Part shown: one piece after another, positions 16,813 through 26,379 of the stretch
How the letters are laid out: every line of letters starts with the position of its first letter
Numbering within the stretch: the first letter of the stretch is position 1
Source of the DNA: a virus
Taxonomy: Duplodnaviria > Caudoviricetes
Strand: one strand, 5' to 3'
Length of the DNA stretch: 39,553 bases
IMG/VR virus record: IMGVR_UViG_3300017747_002052
Location: 1-39,553 of that record
Program-made: the position numbers and the translations under genes
The notes under the pieces: generated by a model
Seen by the model: the letters and a program-made list of their open reading frames with translations, nothing else
What the model was told of the DNA's origin: nothing
Database searches by the model: none

Positions 16813-17034
16813 ATGATGGCAAAGAAATATCCATACATATCCGCGCAAAAAGATATGAGGAAGAAATGGAATCACACAGTTTTATGTGAGGTTTGTGCAA
16901 AGCAAGCGAGTAGCAAAGTTGAGATACAAACAAGCTGGTTTCGTGGTGAAGATGTGTATGTAAAGGCTTGCGAAGAACACAAAAATGATGCTGTTGAATT
17001 AGCAAAAATTGGCATAGCAAAGGAACAATCATGA
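16813..17034 (+). CDS. Hypothetical Zn-binding protein (CEVC...CEEH)
   Basis: ORF in the operon. Confidence 0.65.
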   Translation: MMAKKYPYISAQKDMRKKWNHTVLCEVCAKQASSKVEIQTSWFRGEDVYVKACEEHKNDAVELAKIGIAKEQS

Positions 17035-17431
17035 GCGAAACAGGAATTGAAGGCGACCAAGACAACGATGATTTTACTAAGCTAGATATATTCTTTATTG
17101 CTTGTGGTGTTGTGGTTTTTCTACTAATTATTTGGAGTGTTTGAGATGAGGAATTCTATTAAAAAATACTGGGCAGCACACAAAACAAATCAAAGATGTT
17201 TTTGCAAAAACTGTTTGGATAATTGGTTAAAAATTGCAATGAACGCAAAGAATCAATAGGACTAACCATGATTAACTTTATTAAGAGACTGTTTAAACCC
17301 TATAGCCCACCAAGTAAAGCAAAGTTAATGAGTAATATGTTTTGGCAAGCAGAGCATGGGCATGATGCGAGGTATTTTTGATAATTACATTGTGGGTCTA
17401 TTGACACACTGATACGGATTAAGAGGTTTAT

Positions 17432-17704
17432 ATGGATGGCCAAGATATAGCTGAATCTAGATTAATACTTGAAAAAAAATGGGATGCCGAGGGGGATTGT
17501 GCAAGCTGTGGTTGGCACGCATGTTTGTATGAGCATGAAGTTACTGATGATGATATTAAAGATGCGTTAATTGGAGATGGTTTCATAAGGCTTGGATGCT
17601 TAAATAAGGATGATGATGGAAGCTTGCATAGAGGCATAAAAATATATATTTCTAAAGATACCAAGATGCAAAATCAAGACGTGAACCAGAATGAACAATT
17701 ATGA
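17432..17704 (+). CDS. Hypothetical protein (CxxC...C...H)
   Basis: GAGG SD. Confidence 0.65.
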   Translation: MDGQDIAESRLILEKKWDAEGDCASCGWHACLYEHEVTDDDIKDALIGDGFIRLGCLNKDDDGSLHRGIKIYISKDTKMQNQDVNQNEQL

Positions 17705-17764
17705 CAGATGACGGCTATTACTGGACTGTAGAGCTAGAAGAATTATTTATTAAGGAGTTTGGCA

Positions 17765-18382
17765 ATGAGCAACTATCTAGAGCTGAAAAAGATAAATGTA
17801 AACGACAAGATAGAGAAGAAGAACAACCTATCTTACCTGTCGTGGGCGTGGGCAGTAGACCAGCTTCTGACTCATGATGCTACTGCTACATGGGAATATA
17901 AAGAGCCTCAACGATTTGGTGAAACACTTATGGTGTTCTGCACAGTGACAGCGTTTGGTAAGTCTATGACAGCACAGCTTCCAGTAATGGATTATCGCAA
18001 TAAAGCAATACCAAACCCTGATGCGTTTGCCGTTAATACAGCGATGCAAAGGTGTCTAGCAAAGGCTATCTCATTGCATGGCATAGGTTTGTATATCTAC
18101 GCTGGCGAAGACTTGCCAGATGACGATAAAACAGGCTCACAAAAGGTATTAGATAAGCCTGCAAATGAACCACCCACACCAGAACGCATGGAAGAGTTAA
18201 AAGAGTCTGCTGCTGAAATTGTGGACTTTCATGTAAAAGGTTTACACGAAGATATGTTTATTGTGTACGACAACATATCAGATATGGGTGAGCGTGAAGC
18301 GTTATGGACACTATTAAAACCTAATGCAGACGTAAGAGCAAAATTAAAAGAAATCGGACAACAAAAAAGAAAGGCAGCATAA
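17765..18382 (+). CDS. Sak-type (DUF1071) single-strand annealing recombinase
   Basis: EKK..LSYLSWAWA...LPVMD.RNKAI..PDAF.VNTA.QRCL.KAI.LHG.GLYIYAGEDLP; next to ssb. Confidence 0.88.
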   Translation: MSNYLELKKINVNDKIEKKNNLSYLSWAWAVDQLLTHDATATWEYKEPQRFGETLMVFCTVTAFGKSMTAQLPVMDYRNKAIPNPDAFAVNTAMQRCLAKAISLHGIGLYIYAGEDLPDDDKTGSQKVLDKPANEPPTPERMEELKESAAEIVDFHVKGLHEDMFIVYDNISDMGEREALWTLLKPNADVRAKLKEIGQQKRKAA

Positions 18383-18835
18383 ATGGCAAGCGTAAACAAA
18401 GTGATTCTAGTGGGCAACTTAGGCAAAGACCCAGAGGTGCGTTATATGCCGAATGGTGAAGCTGTAGCTAATTTTAGCATTGCGACTACTGACACATGGA
18501 AAGACAAAGCAGGCGTTAAGCAAGAGAAAACAGAATGGCACAATATTGTGACGTATAGAAAACTAGCTGAAATTGTTGGCGAGTATTTAAAAGCTGGTCG
18601 CCCAGTATATTTAGAAGGTCGCTTACAAACACGCAAATGGGAAAAAGATGGTGTGACCCGTTACACCACTGAAATTGTGGCTGACCAAATGCAAATGTTA
18701 GGTCAAGGCTCTGCAAGTAATCGTGACGGTTCAACAGGTAGCGCGCAACGTCAAGACACGCCATCTAATGACCAAGATAATACGCCTTCTGCACCTAGCA
18801 ACTTTGACGACTTTGACGATGATATTCCTTTCTAG
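18383..18835 (+). CDS. ssb: Single-stranded DNA-binding protein
   Basis: [21 protein letters not shown]...TEWH...EGRLQTRKW...DDDIPF. Confidence 0.97.
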   Translation: MASVNKVILVGNLGKDPEVRYMPNGEAVANFSIATTDTWKDKAGVKQEKTEWHNIVTYRKLAEIVGEYLKAGRPVYLEGRLQTRKWEKDGVTRYTTEIVADQMQMLGQGSASNRDGSTGSAQRQDTPSNDQDNTPSAPSNFDDFDDDIPF

Positions 18836-18852
18836 GTATTAATTAACAAGGA

Positions 18853-19062
18853 ATGAATATGAGCATATGCCCAAAAGATGGAACTAACTGCTGTGATGAT
18901 TTATGTCACGGTGCAGGATGTTTGCAAATGGATGGTTATCAAATGCTTGAAAGGTGCGATAGGTGTGGTGGGATTATTGACGAAGAGATACCAGAATGCA
19001 GCACCTGCCATTGTGATGAAGAGTATCCAGATGACTACGATGACAATGAAGATTTGAATTAG
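18853..19062 (+). CDS. Cys-rich acidic small protein
   Basis: AAGGA SD; 10 Cys. Confidence 0.6.
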   Translation: MNMSICPKDGTNCCDDLCHGAGCLQMDGYQMLERCDRCGGIIDEEIPECSTCHCDEEYPDDYDDNEDLN

Positions 19063-19114
19063 AAGCCACCCTATACGCTATAGGCTTGGCACTTGTTAAA
19101 AAGAAGGAAATGTC

Positions 19115-19315
19115 ATGAGCATGTACGATGATGATGATTATGAAGCCATTCAACACGCTTACAACCAAGGGCTTAAGCAAGCATCCCCACCCACTGACAC
19201 AGTCACCATAACTAAGGCTGAGTATGATGCGCTGGTTGCTAAACTAGCACAATCACAGAAAGCGTGGGCATATTGGTTTGATAAATATAACGAACTTAAA
19301 GGCAATCCGTTATGA
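19115..19315 (+). CDS. Hypothetical protein
   Basis: AAGGA SD. Confidence 0.65.
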   Translation: MSMYDDDDYEAIQHAYNQGLKQASPPTDTVTITKAEYDALVAKLAQSQKAWAYWFDKYNELKGNPL

Positions 19316-19340
19316 ATTACTTAGATTCAGCGAAAGGGAA

Positions 19341-19658
19341 ATGATGAAATTTAGAAAATTGCCTGTAATTATTGACGCCACACAATGGTTTAAAAATGGT
19401 GACCATCCATATGATGATTCATTTGATGAACAAAATATTGAATGGGAAGGAAAAGTCGTTAGATATTTTAGACGCCCTGATATTAAAGGTGAAGAAATAT
19501 GCCGACAATGCAATCATAAAATGCACGAACATGGCTGGATTGATACTCTTGAAGGTGGGCATATTGTTTGCATCGGTGATTGGATTATCACAGGTGTAAA
19601 AGGAGAGAATTATCCATGTAAACCAGATATTTTTGCTTCAACCTATGAGAAATGCTAA
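19341..19658 (+). CDS. Conserved phage protein (KFRK.PV.I.A.QW...TLEG...GDWII.GV.GE.YPCKPDIF..TYE)
   Basis: Widely seen phage family motif; likely start ATG at 19341. Confidence 0.8.
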   Translation: MMKFRKLPVIIDATQWFKNGDHPYDDSFDEQNIEWEGKVVRYFRRPDIKGEEICRQCNHKMHEHGWIDTLEGGHIVCIGDWIITGVKGENYPCKPDIFASTYEKC

Positions 19659-19945
19659 CCATGACTGACACACAAAGAGAGTTTGAGAAGTGGCTAACAG
19701 AAAATTGCTTTGTTCATGAACATGCAAATGGTGACTCCGAAGCCGTTATATCAACTGATGACATTCGCGCTTATTGGCAAGCCGCACTAGCACATAGCCA
19801 AAAAGTTGCCGTTAAAGTAAATAAAATTCCAGAGCATGAGTGGAATGAAGGTTCCGACTACCCATCAAGAGATAGTTATGCAGATGGATATGCAAACGGA
19901 TGGAATGACTGCGTAGATGCCATCACCAATAGAAAGGATGAATGA
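19652..19945 (+). CDS. Hypothetical mosaic early protein (REFEKW...WQAA; GWNDC)
   Basis: Lambdoid Ea-type modular motifs. Confidence 0.7.
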   Translation: MLTMTDTQREFEKWLTENCFVHEHANGDSEAVISTDDIRAYWQAALAHSQKVAVKVNKIPEHEWNEGSDYPSRDSYADGYANGWNDCVDAITNRKDE

Positions 19946-20310
19946 TGGATATTGAAGATGAAATCAAAATTTTAGTTGAACCCGATATTTGGGAATCTAA
20001 AACTCAATTTTCAAACTTAGAAAAACAAAGGACAGAATATGGAAAACTCCCTATTCAAAGCCTTAACCCTTTAATGTATAAGCACAGCAAACTTTACTAT
20101 GAAAATACAGTAATTGGGCTAATGAAAGCATCAAATTATGATGGGTATGTAGAAGGTAGAAATAGCTTAGAGGCAGAGCTACAACAAGCCCAAGCCGAAA
20201 AAGCGGAGTTAGTGAGACAGTGTGAGGAGATAGCCGTGCTTCACGCATACCCTCCTTATAAAAAAAGCTGTAGTGATGCAATCCTTTCCCTACTACCAAA
20301 GGGGGAGTGA
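19942..20310 (+). CDS. Hypothetical protein
   Basis: ATGA overlap. Confidence 0.65.
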   Translation: MMDIEDEIKILVEPDIWESKTQFSNLEKQRTEYGKLPIQSLNPLMYKHSKLYYENTVIGLMKASNYDGYVEGRNSLEAELQQAQAEKAELVRQCEEIAVLHAYPPYKKSCSDAILSLLPKGE

Positions 20311-20606
20311 TGTATACCGCTAACGGCTATTTAGTAAACGTTGAGCCTCATGAATATCATGGTCGCGTTAAAGCCGCATTAATTAAAGCTAATGTGAATG
20401 TAGGAGATGTAATTAAATATAACGATTTTGTTATTTGCGTTACTGAAATAAGAACGCCATTTTATGTTTACGATAAATTCCCTACTTTAGAAATTGTCGG
20501 CAGATATTGGAATGAAAGAAAACAAGAGTTTGATATTTATCTACTTCGATATGAAGTTAATGACGATATTTACTACCGCGTTTTGTGGAAGGACACACCA
20601 AAATGA
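20307..20606 (+). CDS. Hypothetical protein
   Basis: GTGA overlap; GGGGAG SD. Confidence 0.65.
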   Translation: MMYTANGYLVNVEPHEYHGRVKAALIKANVNVGDVIKYNDFVICVTEIRTPFYVYDKFPTLEIVGRYWNERKQEFDIYLLRYEVNDDIYYRVLWKDTPK

Positions 20607-21337
20607 ATAACATAGAGAAGATGGCAATAGAGCATGGCATTGAACCTGCTGGATTTGGTGATAGGGTTGGAACTGCTGGGAAATATGTTTGCACACTAGA
20701 GCAACTAGAAGCCTTTGCCCAAGCATTGCAGTCAAGTGAGCCAGTGGGAAAAGTTATGCCAATTTGTAATTTATGGGTAAATCCTAAAACACTTGATTAT
20801 GAAGTTGATAGGTGTACACATCCATTGAATGAGCTTATTCCTGTTTACACCCTCCCACCATCCACAGTAACCCTAGAGGAACACAACAAGCGTATAGCAG
20901 AGTTGGAAGCAGCATTCAAGGCTTTATTTGTAGATAGAGAGAAGGTGATTAAGTCATACACCTTACAAGTTGAAACCCTGAAAGCAACTAATAAGACGCT
21001 ATCGGTGCACTGTAAATCAGATTATGAGTATTTAGCTGGTTTGGATATAGGGCACATTGTCGGATTAAAAGAGTGGCTAAATTCTCGAATAAAAGCATTA
21101 AATGCTACTGATTTAATTGTAGACACAGAATATAAAAACATGGGTGGTTCAGACATTAAAGCTGATTATCCACCAACATTAATCACAGAACCGAGCGGGG
21201 AAGCTATTAAATCCCTGCAAGCAACCAATAAGACGCTATTAGATGCGTTGGATATTGCTAAAGATGTACTTGAAGCACACACGCTGATGCACGTCTATGA
21301 AAAGCTAATCGCAGACGCAGAAGGAGTGGATGGATGA
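20603..21337 (+). CDS. Mosaic early protein with an internal duplication
   Basis: ATGA overlap at 20603; LKATNKTL/LQATNKTL repeat. Confidence 0.7.
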   Translation: MNNIEKMAIEHGIEPAGFGDRVGTAGKYVCTLEQLEAFAQALQSSEPVGKVMPICNLWVNPKTLDYEVDRCTHPLNELIPVYTLPPSTVTLEEHNKRIAELEAAFKALFVDREKVIKSYTLQVETLKATNKTLSVHCKSDYEYLAGLDIGHIVGLKEWLNSRIKALNATDLIVDTEYKNMGGSDIKADYPPTLITEPSGEAIKSLQATNKTLLDALDIAKDVLEAHTLMHVYEKLIADAEGVDG

Positions 21338-21615
21338 AATCGGCTCCTAGAATTGTATGTGCTGCAATTAGAGCGCAAGACGGAACTGTATTGGTCGGTA
21401 TCAGGCATTATTCAGGAGACATGCACTCTCAAATGATGGCTAGAAACGATGGAGATAAGTTTGCGCATCGACAAGGGGATGACCAAGGATTTGTAGACCA
21501 GCATGGTAATTACTACACAAGATGCGAAGCTATGAAAGTTGCCATTGAACAAGGACAGTTAAACGATAGAAAGCGTGATTCTTTTGGCAGACTATTCAGC
21601 GAAGATTTATATTAA
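21334..21615 (+). CDS. Conserved phage protein (IVCAAIR...GIRH...QGFVDQ.G.Y.TR.EA...LFSEDLY)
   Basis: Recognisable phage family motif. Confidence 0.75.
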   Translation: MKSAPRIVCAAIRAQDGTVLVGIRHYSGDMHSQMMARNDGDKFAHRQGDDQGFVDQHGNYYTRCEAMKVAIEQGQLNDRKRDSFGRLFSEDLY

Positions 21616-21679
21616 GGACTAGCCATGACAAACATAAAAGCAGTAGATGTGCTATCCGCTAACCAAGGGAGTGATAAAG

Positions 21680-22078
21680 ATGAGTAATGAGCGTGAGTTG
21701 TTTGAACAGTGGGCAATACAAAAGCATTTTTGCATTGATGAAATTGCTCTTGAAGAAAGTCTTTACAGAGAATATTCAGAGAGAATCACACAAACCGCAT
21801 GGGAGGCTTGGCAAGCAGCCGGAGCATCAACCACCATGCAAGATGATGTGCGGAAAGATGCTTGGATTAGTGTGCTAGATAAAGATGGGAATTATAACAT
21901 TCCACTTAAACCGTGTTTTATAGGATACAAGCTAGGTATTTGTGATGATGAGGAAATCGTAGTTAAGTTTTGGGATGCTCGCTCGGCAATGTTTAATAGT
22001 ACAAAAACTAGGCTCATATGCTACTGCCCAATGGCATTGCCACCGCCACCCCCATCCATAGATAAAGCAAGGGAGTAG
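21680..22078 (+). CDS. Mosaic early protein (ERELFEQW...WEAWQAA + DUF551-like WISV...PPPP)
   Basis: GGAG SD before the ATG at 21680. Confidence 0.65.
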   Translation: MSNERELFEQWAIQKHFCIDEIALEESLYREYSERITQTAWEAWQAAGASTTMQDDVRKDAWISVLDKDGNYNIPLKPCFIGYKLGICDDEEIVVKFWDARSAMFNSTKTRLICYCPMALPPPPPSIDKARE

Positions 22079-22264
22079 ATGATGGATGAAATAACAAAAG
22101 GATGGCTGCAAGTATTAGCGGAGCGTCATCCACAATATGCGGTAGTCGTATCGCATCAGTTTCTATCTGGCACGAATAGAAACGAAGCTGGATTTGTGCC
22201 TAATGATTGGAATGGATTAAAAATTGAATACAACACAAAAGGAGAAACAAATGAAACGTATTAA
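22079..22264 (+). CDS. Hypothetical protein
   Basis: GGGAG SD. Confidence 0.6.
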   Translation: MMDEITKGWLQVLAERHPQYAVVVSHQFLSGTNRNEAGFVPNDWNGLKIEYNTKGETNETY

Positions 22265-22667
22265 AACTAAACTAGTAGTAGGCTCGTTGTTAATGTTTGC
22301 TTTTAAAGTATTTGCTACAGATTATAATCAAGTGAATCTAGGGGCTAGTGCTCTAGCTGGAGCATCGGCTATCAGCAAAGGGGGAAATGCAACGGCTAAC
22401 GGTAATGTAGAATTTAACGATAGGCTGCAAATACCTAACTCGCCTGGATTGTCTAGCGGGTCAAGCAATACCACAGCCCCACATCGTATTTATAAACAGC
22501 GACAAGTGAGTTCTTTTCTTGGTGGATATACAAATATTGACATGGTGCTAGACTTGCCTTCATTCATTGGAAGCAATCCTAGTGATGATGTTCAGTTAGG
22601 TGCTTGCATTCAAGATGAGGGGTTTAGAAAATGGCGTGAATTAAAAGGTAATCCATGCCCTAATTAA
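22251..22667 (+). CDS. Putative secreted/periplasmic protein
   Basis: AGGAG SD; MKRIKTKLVVGSLLMFAFKVFA signal peptide. Confidence 0.65.
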   Translation: MKRIKTKLVVGSLLMFAFKVFATDYNQVNLGASALAGASAISKGGNATANGNVEFNDRLQIPNSPGLSSGSSNTTAPHRIYKQRQVSSFLGGYTNIDMVLDLPSFIGSNPSDDVQLGACIQDEGFRKWRELKGNPCPN

Positions 22668-22673
22668 CACCAT

Positions 22674-22749
22674 GCGCCTATAATTTAATGGATAAAATAA
22701 CCGAATTCTAGTCGGTGTGATGGGAGTTCGAATCTCTTTAGGCGTACCA
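22674..22749 (+). tRNA. tRNA-Arg (anticodon UCU), 76 nt, with encoded CCA
   Basis: Full cloverleaf: GCGCCTA/TAGGCGT; D arm ATTT/AAAT with GGATA; ACCGA-ATTCTAG-TCGGT; GGGAG-TTCGAAT-CTCTT; ACCA. Confidence 0.88.
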
Positions 22750-22758
22750 AAGGATAAT

Positions 22759-23118
22759 ATGAAATACACTTACAACAAAAAACAATACAATGAATATGTC
22801 AGAAATTGTAAGAAGTGGCTAACGGTGTTTGGCATTACTGAATGGGAGATTGATTATAAACACCATAAGCTAGATACGGCAGCAACTACAACTTATAATA
22901 ACGTTGCAAAAATTGCTTGCTTTCAACTAACGACAGAAGGCGATGGTGATTTTTGTCTGCAAACAGATTTAAATAGATTGGCTTGCCATGAAGTCATTCA
23001 TTTACTTCTTGCTGATTTAGGTTTTGCAATACATGAAACAAAAGACTATTGTTCTGATTTGGCAATATCGCGTGAACATGAAGTTGTGATGAGATTGCTT
23101 AACGTATTGTGCAAATAG
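22759..23118 (+). CDS. Putative HExxH metallopeptidase-like protein
   Basis: AAGGA SD right after the tRNA; LACHEVIHLLL...E. Confidence 0.65.
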   Translation: MKYTYNKKQYNEYVRNCKKWLTVFGITEWEIDYKHHKLDTAATTTYNNVAKIACFQLTTEGDGDFCLQTDLNRLACHEVIHLLLADLGFAIHETKDYCSDLAISREHEVVMRLLNVLCK

Positions 23119-23305
23119 CCTTATAAGCCTCGTTATGCTCCCTAATTTCAATTTGGGTCTGTAACGAGTCTTCATTTGAGTCATAACTAATCACTTTAAA
23201 CGATTCACAAGCCACTTTTGACGCGCTAGGATGCGTTATTTTAGTGTCAGTGGTATGACAGCCTACAAGAGACAATAAAAACGCGCCATAGAGTAGATAT
23301 TTCAT
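23099..23305 (-). CDS. Outer-membrane spanin-like lipoprotein (Rz1-like)
   Basis: LVGC lipobox; last gene of the lysis cassette. Confidence 0.7.
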   Translation of the reverse strand: MKYLLYGAFLLSLVGCHTTDTKITHPSASKVACESFKVISYDSNEDSLQTQIEIREHNEAYKAICTIR

Positions 23306-23517
23306 TTATTAGCCCGATTATTTGGGTCTTTAGAGGTATCTACTTTATGCGCGTTTTCTCTTGCTAGTTTAGCTTTGGCAATAATCGCTTCTGCTTGCTT
23401 TAAACTGTTTAAAATAGCAACAGATTCTCCTGCATCCATTAGCTTCTTATTGTTTACATAAGTGGCTAACTGAGATGCGATAGATAAAAACAGTTTTAAT
23501 ATAGCGACTGCGTTCAT
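23302..23517 (-). CDS. Inner-membrane spanin-like protein
   Basis: N-terminal hydrophobic anchor + helical region; precedes the lipoprotein. Confidence 0.6.
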   Translation of the reverse strand: MNAVAILKLFLSIASQLATYVNNKKLMDAGESVAILNSLKQAEAIIAKAKLARENAHKVDTSKDPNNRANK

Positions 23518-23729
23518 ACTGGTGGTTGTGTTTCAATGGCTTTCTTTTTAAATAAATAAGAAGCGATTGCAGCAACTACAATTAAACCACCACCAACAAT
23601 AAAATCGGTTAACTGTGCTGCTTCATCTGCTGTTACATAACCTTTAGACACAAGCAATACACCCACTGCTGATGCGCCGTGGCGTAAAACAGTGCCAAAA
23701 ATAGTTTTAATTACGTCTTGTAATTCCAT
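23514..23729 (-). CDS. Putative holin (2 TM)
   Basis: LRHG + two TM segments + KKK; after the endolysin. Confidence 0.7.
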   Translation of the reverse strand: MELQDVIKTIFGTVLRHGASAVGVLLVSKGYVTADEAAQLTDFIVGGGLIVVAAIASYLFKKKAIETQPPV

Positions 23730-23730
23730 G

Positions 23731-24180
23731 TTAATTCTCCTTTAAAAATAATTCTTTCTCTGCACCACGTCTTGTTACTAGTCCGTTTAACTTAACACCA
23801 TTACCATATACCCACTTCTTAAACTCGTTACTGGCTCCCACATAATCACCAGCATTTAGCTTTTTAAGCAATGTGCTGTTTAATAAATTCTTACTTCCAC
23901 AATTGTATGCAAAGTCTACTAGCGCATCAAACTGATTCTGATTTAATTCTACCTTAACATATCTATTAACGTCATTTTCATATGTGCCTAATGTGGCTTT
24001 CATGATGTCGATGGCTTGCTGTTCAGTAATAGGATGGTCTTTAGACGTAACTTTTTTACCATTAGCATACCGTGTAGACCCATAACCAATAGTCCAAACG
24101 CCAGCAGGGCATAAATACGGCTTAGAATAAAAGCCTTCAAACTTCTTAATTAAATTAATGCAGTTATCTGATGCTTTCAT
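23731..24180 (-). CDS. Endolysin, GH24 lysozyme
   Basis: IKKFEG....Y.CPAGVWTIGYG; QNQFDALV.FAYN.G; GLV.RR..E..LF. Confidence 0.95.
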   Translation of the reverse strand: MKASDNCINLIKKFEGFYSKPYLCPAGVWTIGYGSTRYANGKKVTSKDHPITEQQAIDIMKATLGTYENDVNRYVKVELNQNQFDALVDFAYNCGSKNLLNSTLLKKLNAGDYVGASNEFKKWVYGNGVKLNGLVTRRGAEKELFLKEN

Positions 24181-24416
24181 GTAATAATTTTCTCAATTAC
24201 TTTAACGGCTCCTGCACCAATCCCACCAGCTGCTAACATTAATCCAGCTATCACACCTCGGCCATTGGCTATCGCTTCATTTTGCTTAGAAATCATTCCC
24301 TTTAACTCTTTAAGCTCATTAAAAATTACATTATCGTTTTTAATTGAAACTTCAACAAGACTTACTATCTTGCCAAATTCATAGTCATTAAGTTGATTAG
24401 CCATAGAGAAATCCAT
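24177..24416 (-). CDS. Small membrane protein (holin/antiholin-like)
   Basis: Coiled coil + C-terminal Gly-rich TM; directly before the endolysin. Confidence 0.55.
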   Translation of the reverse strand: MDFSMANQLNDYEFGKIVSLVEVSIKNDNVIFNELKELKGMISKQNEAIANGRGVIAGLMLAAGGIGAGAVKVIEKIIT

Positions 24417-24421
24417 TGTTG

Positions 24422-24841
24422 TTATTGATGGGGGCAGGTGCGAACACCGTTAATTAATTGAGATGCGTCATGCACACTAGTCTTGATAATATAGCTTCCA
24501 TCCTCTAGCTTCTGCAAGAAGTTAACCTTCATGTAAGTGCAGTCGTTAGGGCTAGTGTAAGTTGGATTGATAAATATCTTTTCCATGCCTGTAAAGTCTT
24601 GAACGGGCAGAGGTGGAATTACAACTTCTTCTTGTTTTATGTAAATACCGTTTGATGCAGAACATGCTTTTGATGCAGTCACGGTGTAAAGGCTATTAGG
24701 ATACACACCCTTCGTATTAGGCAGGTTTTTATGCCACTTTGTACCATTATCATCAACATCGTAACAAGTCGCTGCTAACGCCTTTGCAGGAGATAATAGC
24801 TTCATTAAAATAACAGTACATACTACTAGTCTAGGTATCAT
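24422..24841 (-). CDS. Putative secreted protein
   Basis: Signal-peptide-like N-terminus ending ALA; Cys pairs. Confidence 0.6.
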   Translation of the reverse strand: MIPRLVVCTVILMKLLSPAKALAATCYDVDDNGTKWHKNLPNTKGVYPNSLYTVTASKACSASNGIYIKQEEVVIPPLPVQDFTGMEKIFINPTYTSPNDCTYMKVNFLQKLEDGSYIIKTSVHDASQLINGVRTCPHQ

Positions 24842-26361
24842 ACGGATATTTCCTCAACACAAATTGTGCTTGCTGTACGCATGAACGATGTAGAGTCAGT
24901 GTCGGTAGGCGTTCTATTAATATACACCGTATTCCCTCCGATGCCTTGCCATGCTACTTTGTACGTTAATGCACTAGTAGAAGCTGGTGAATCAATTCCG
25001 TAAATATTGCCTGCTTGTATAGCAACACTGCTAATGGTGTTGACCGTGATGCTAGCTCTTAATCTAGAACTGGCAGCATCGCCAATAAATAAATCTGTGG
25101 AATCTCGAATTGCTTTAGCAATAGCGACACCACCACCAGTAATGCCGATATTCAAATTGCAATTATAAGCTACTTTATTGCAAGCAGAACTAGGCGTTAA
25201 TGATAGAGATAATCCTGTAACATCAGTGTAAGTCGTGGCGTGTGTTTGTGTATCTGTTTTAATGGCAAATAGTTTTTGTAATACAGTGCCTGGCCTATTA
25301 GATGGATTCACATTAATAGAAGTTACGGATGTTGCCCATGTGCCTGCTGTGGCCTGTGTAGAGTCAAAATAACCCAACACTACCAAAGGAACATTAGACC
25401 TTGCTGTAGTAGAGTACCAGACTTGTGCAGAATCAGCACCACCAGCACCACCTTCGGCAGTGGTTGAAATTAATCCATTCTCGTTAATAGGCGCTATCAA
25501 TGAACCTGAAACAGAGTTAAACCATGCTAATTCTGTTGCACCTGATACCAAGATAGCAGCTACCCAAATACGTGATGGAACTCCTGAGACTGTGCCACCT
25601 GTAGAGCCTGAACTAATCACGGTAGATAGTGCTGATGTAGTGGCAACAGTGGATGATTGACCGTTCGTAATAGTAGCGTTACGGTAACTAATATTTACTC
25701 TATTACTAGATGATGGGTCATTACCATCTGCACCTTTTAAAGCAATGGTGGCTGCATTAGCGGACATAGTTACTGCCAGCCCTAAATTGCTAAAGTTTCT
25801 TGGTCTAGTACCTGTAGCTAAAGCGGTAATATCACTAATCAATGCCTTTTTAACTTTATTTGAATCAGAAACATCTGCAATAGCTACATAATCACCACTT
25901 ACAGCCGTGACTGTGGTTAGATTGTTAAGGCTTTGGTCGAAGAACCTTCCATCTGCTGTTTTGTAAGCTTCACAAATCCAATTGCCTACGCCTAATGAAC
26001 GGAATAAAGCAGTATCGTTAGCCACTGTGGTAATATTAGCAGCGCCAGGCAAAATCAAACTTGTGCCATTGTGCGTAAGAGTTAATGCACCAGTAAATCT
26101 AACTAAGCGCCTAATTCCTGCATCAATAGTACCTAATCCAGTGATTGTAGTTGTTCCTGTTACGTCTATAAACTCAGCAGTAGCAGCGCCAATGTCTGTA
26201 GTAGTAGCCGATGCAATATCAGACCCTTTAGCATTTGTTCTACGCACAATCGCTTGAATAGCGCGCAAGAAGTCATCACCGTTTGTAGGGGATTCTGAAC
26301 CAGCAGGGCTGTTAGATGCTGCTGTTACGCTTAAATCTGTCATTGTTGTAGGGGTTGCGAT
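24838..26361 (-). CDS. Tail fibre / receptor-binding protein (probable ATC start at 26361; first ATG at 26343)
   Basis: S/T/G/A-rich; N-terminal DLSVTAASNSPAGSE...DDFLRAIQA head-binding-type motif; last structural gene before lysis. Confidence 0.75.
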   Translation of the reverse strand: MATPTTMTDLSVTAASNSPAGSESPTNGDDFLRAIQAIVRRTNAKGSDIASATTTDIGAATAEFIDVTGTTTITGLGTIDAGIRRLVRFTGALTLTHNGTSLILPGAANITTVANDTALFRSLGVGNWICEAYKTADGRFFDQSLNNLTTVTAVSGDYVAIADVSDSNKVKKALISDITALATGTRPRNFSNLGLAVTMSANAATIALKGADGNDPSSSNRVNISYRNATITNGQSSTVATTSALSTVISSGSTGGTVSGVPSRIWVAAILVSGATELAWFNSVSGSLIAPINENGLISTTAEGGAGGADSAQVWYSTTARSNVPLVVLGYFDSTQATAGTWATSVTSINVNPSNRPGTVLQKLFAIKTDTQTHATTYTDVTGLSLSLTPSSACNKVAYNCNLNIGITGGGVAIAKAIRDSTDLFIGDAASSRLRASITVNTISSVAIQAGNIYGIDSPASTSALTYKVAWQGIGGNTVYINRTPTDTDSTSFMRTASTICVEEISV

Positions 26362-26379
26362 GATATTCTCCTTCGTGTT

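Noticed and set aside
22701-22715. Reading the tRNA as an amber suppressor (CTA) with stop-codon recoding
   Set aside because: The stem register puts TCT at 34-36. Genes are intact under the standard code, and several end in TAG.
24838-25300. Diversity-generating retroelement acting on the tail fibre
   Set aside because: No reverse transcriptase and no template/variable repeat pair seen.
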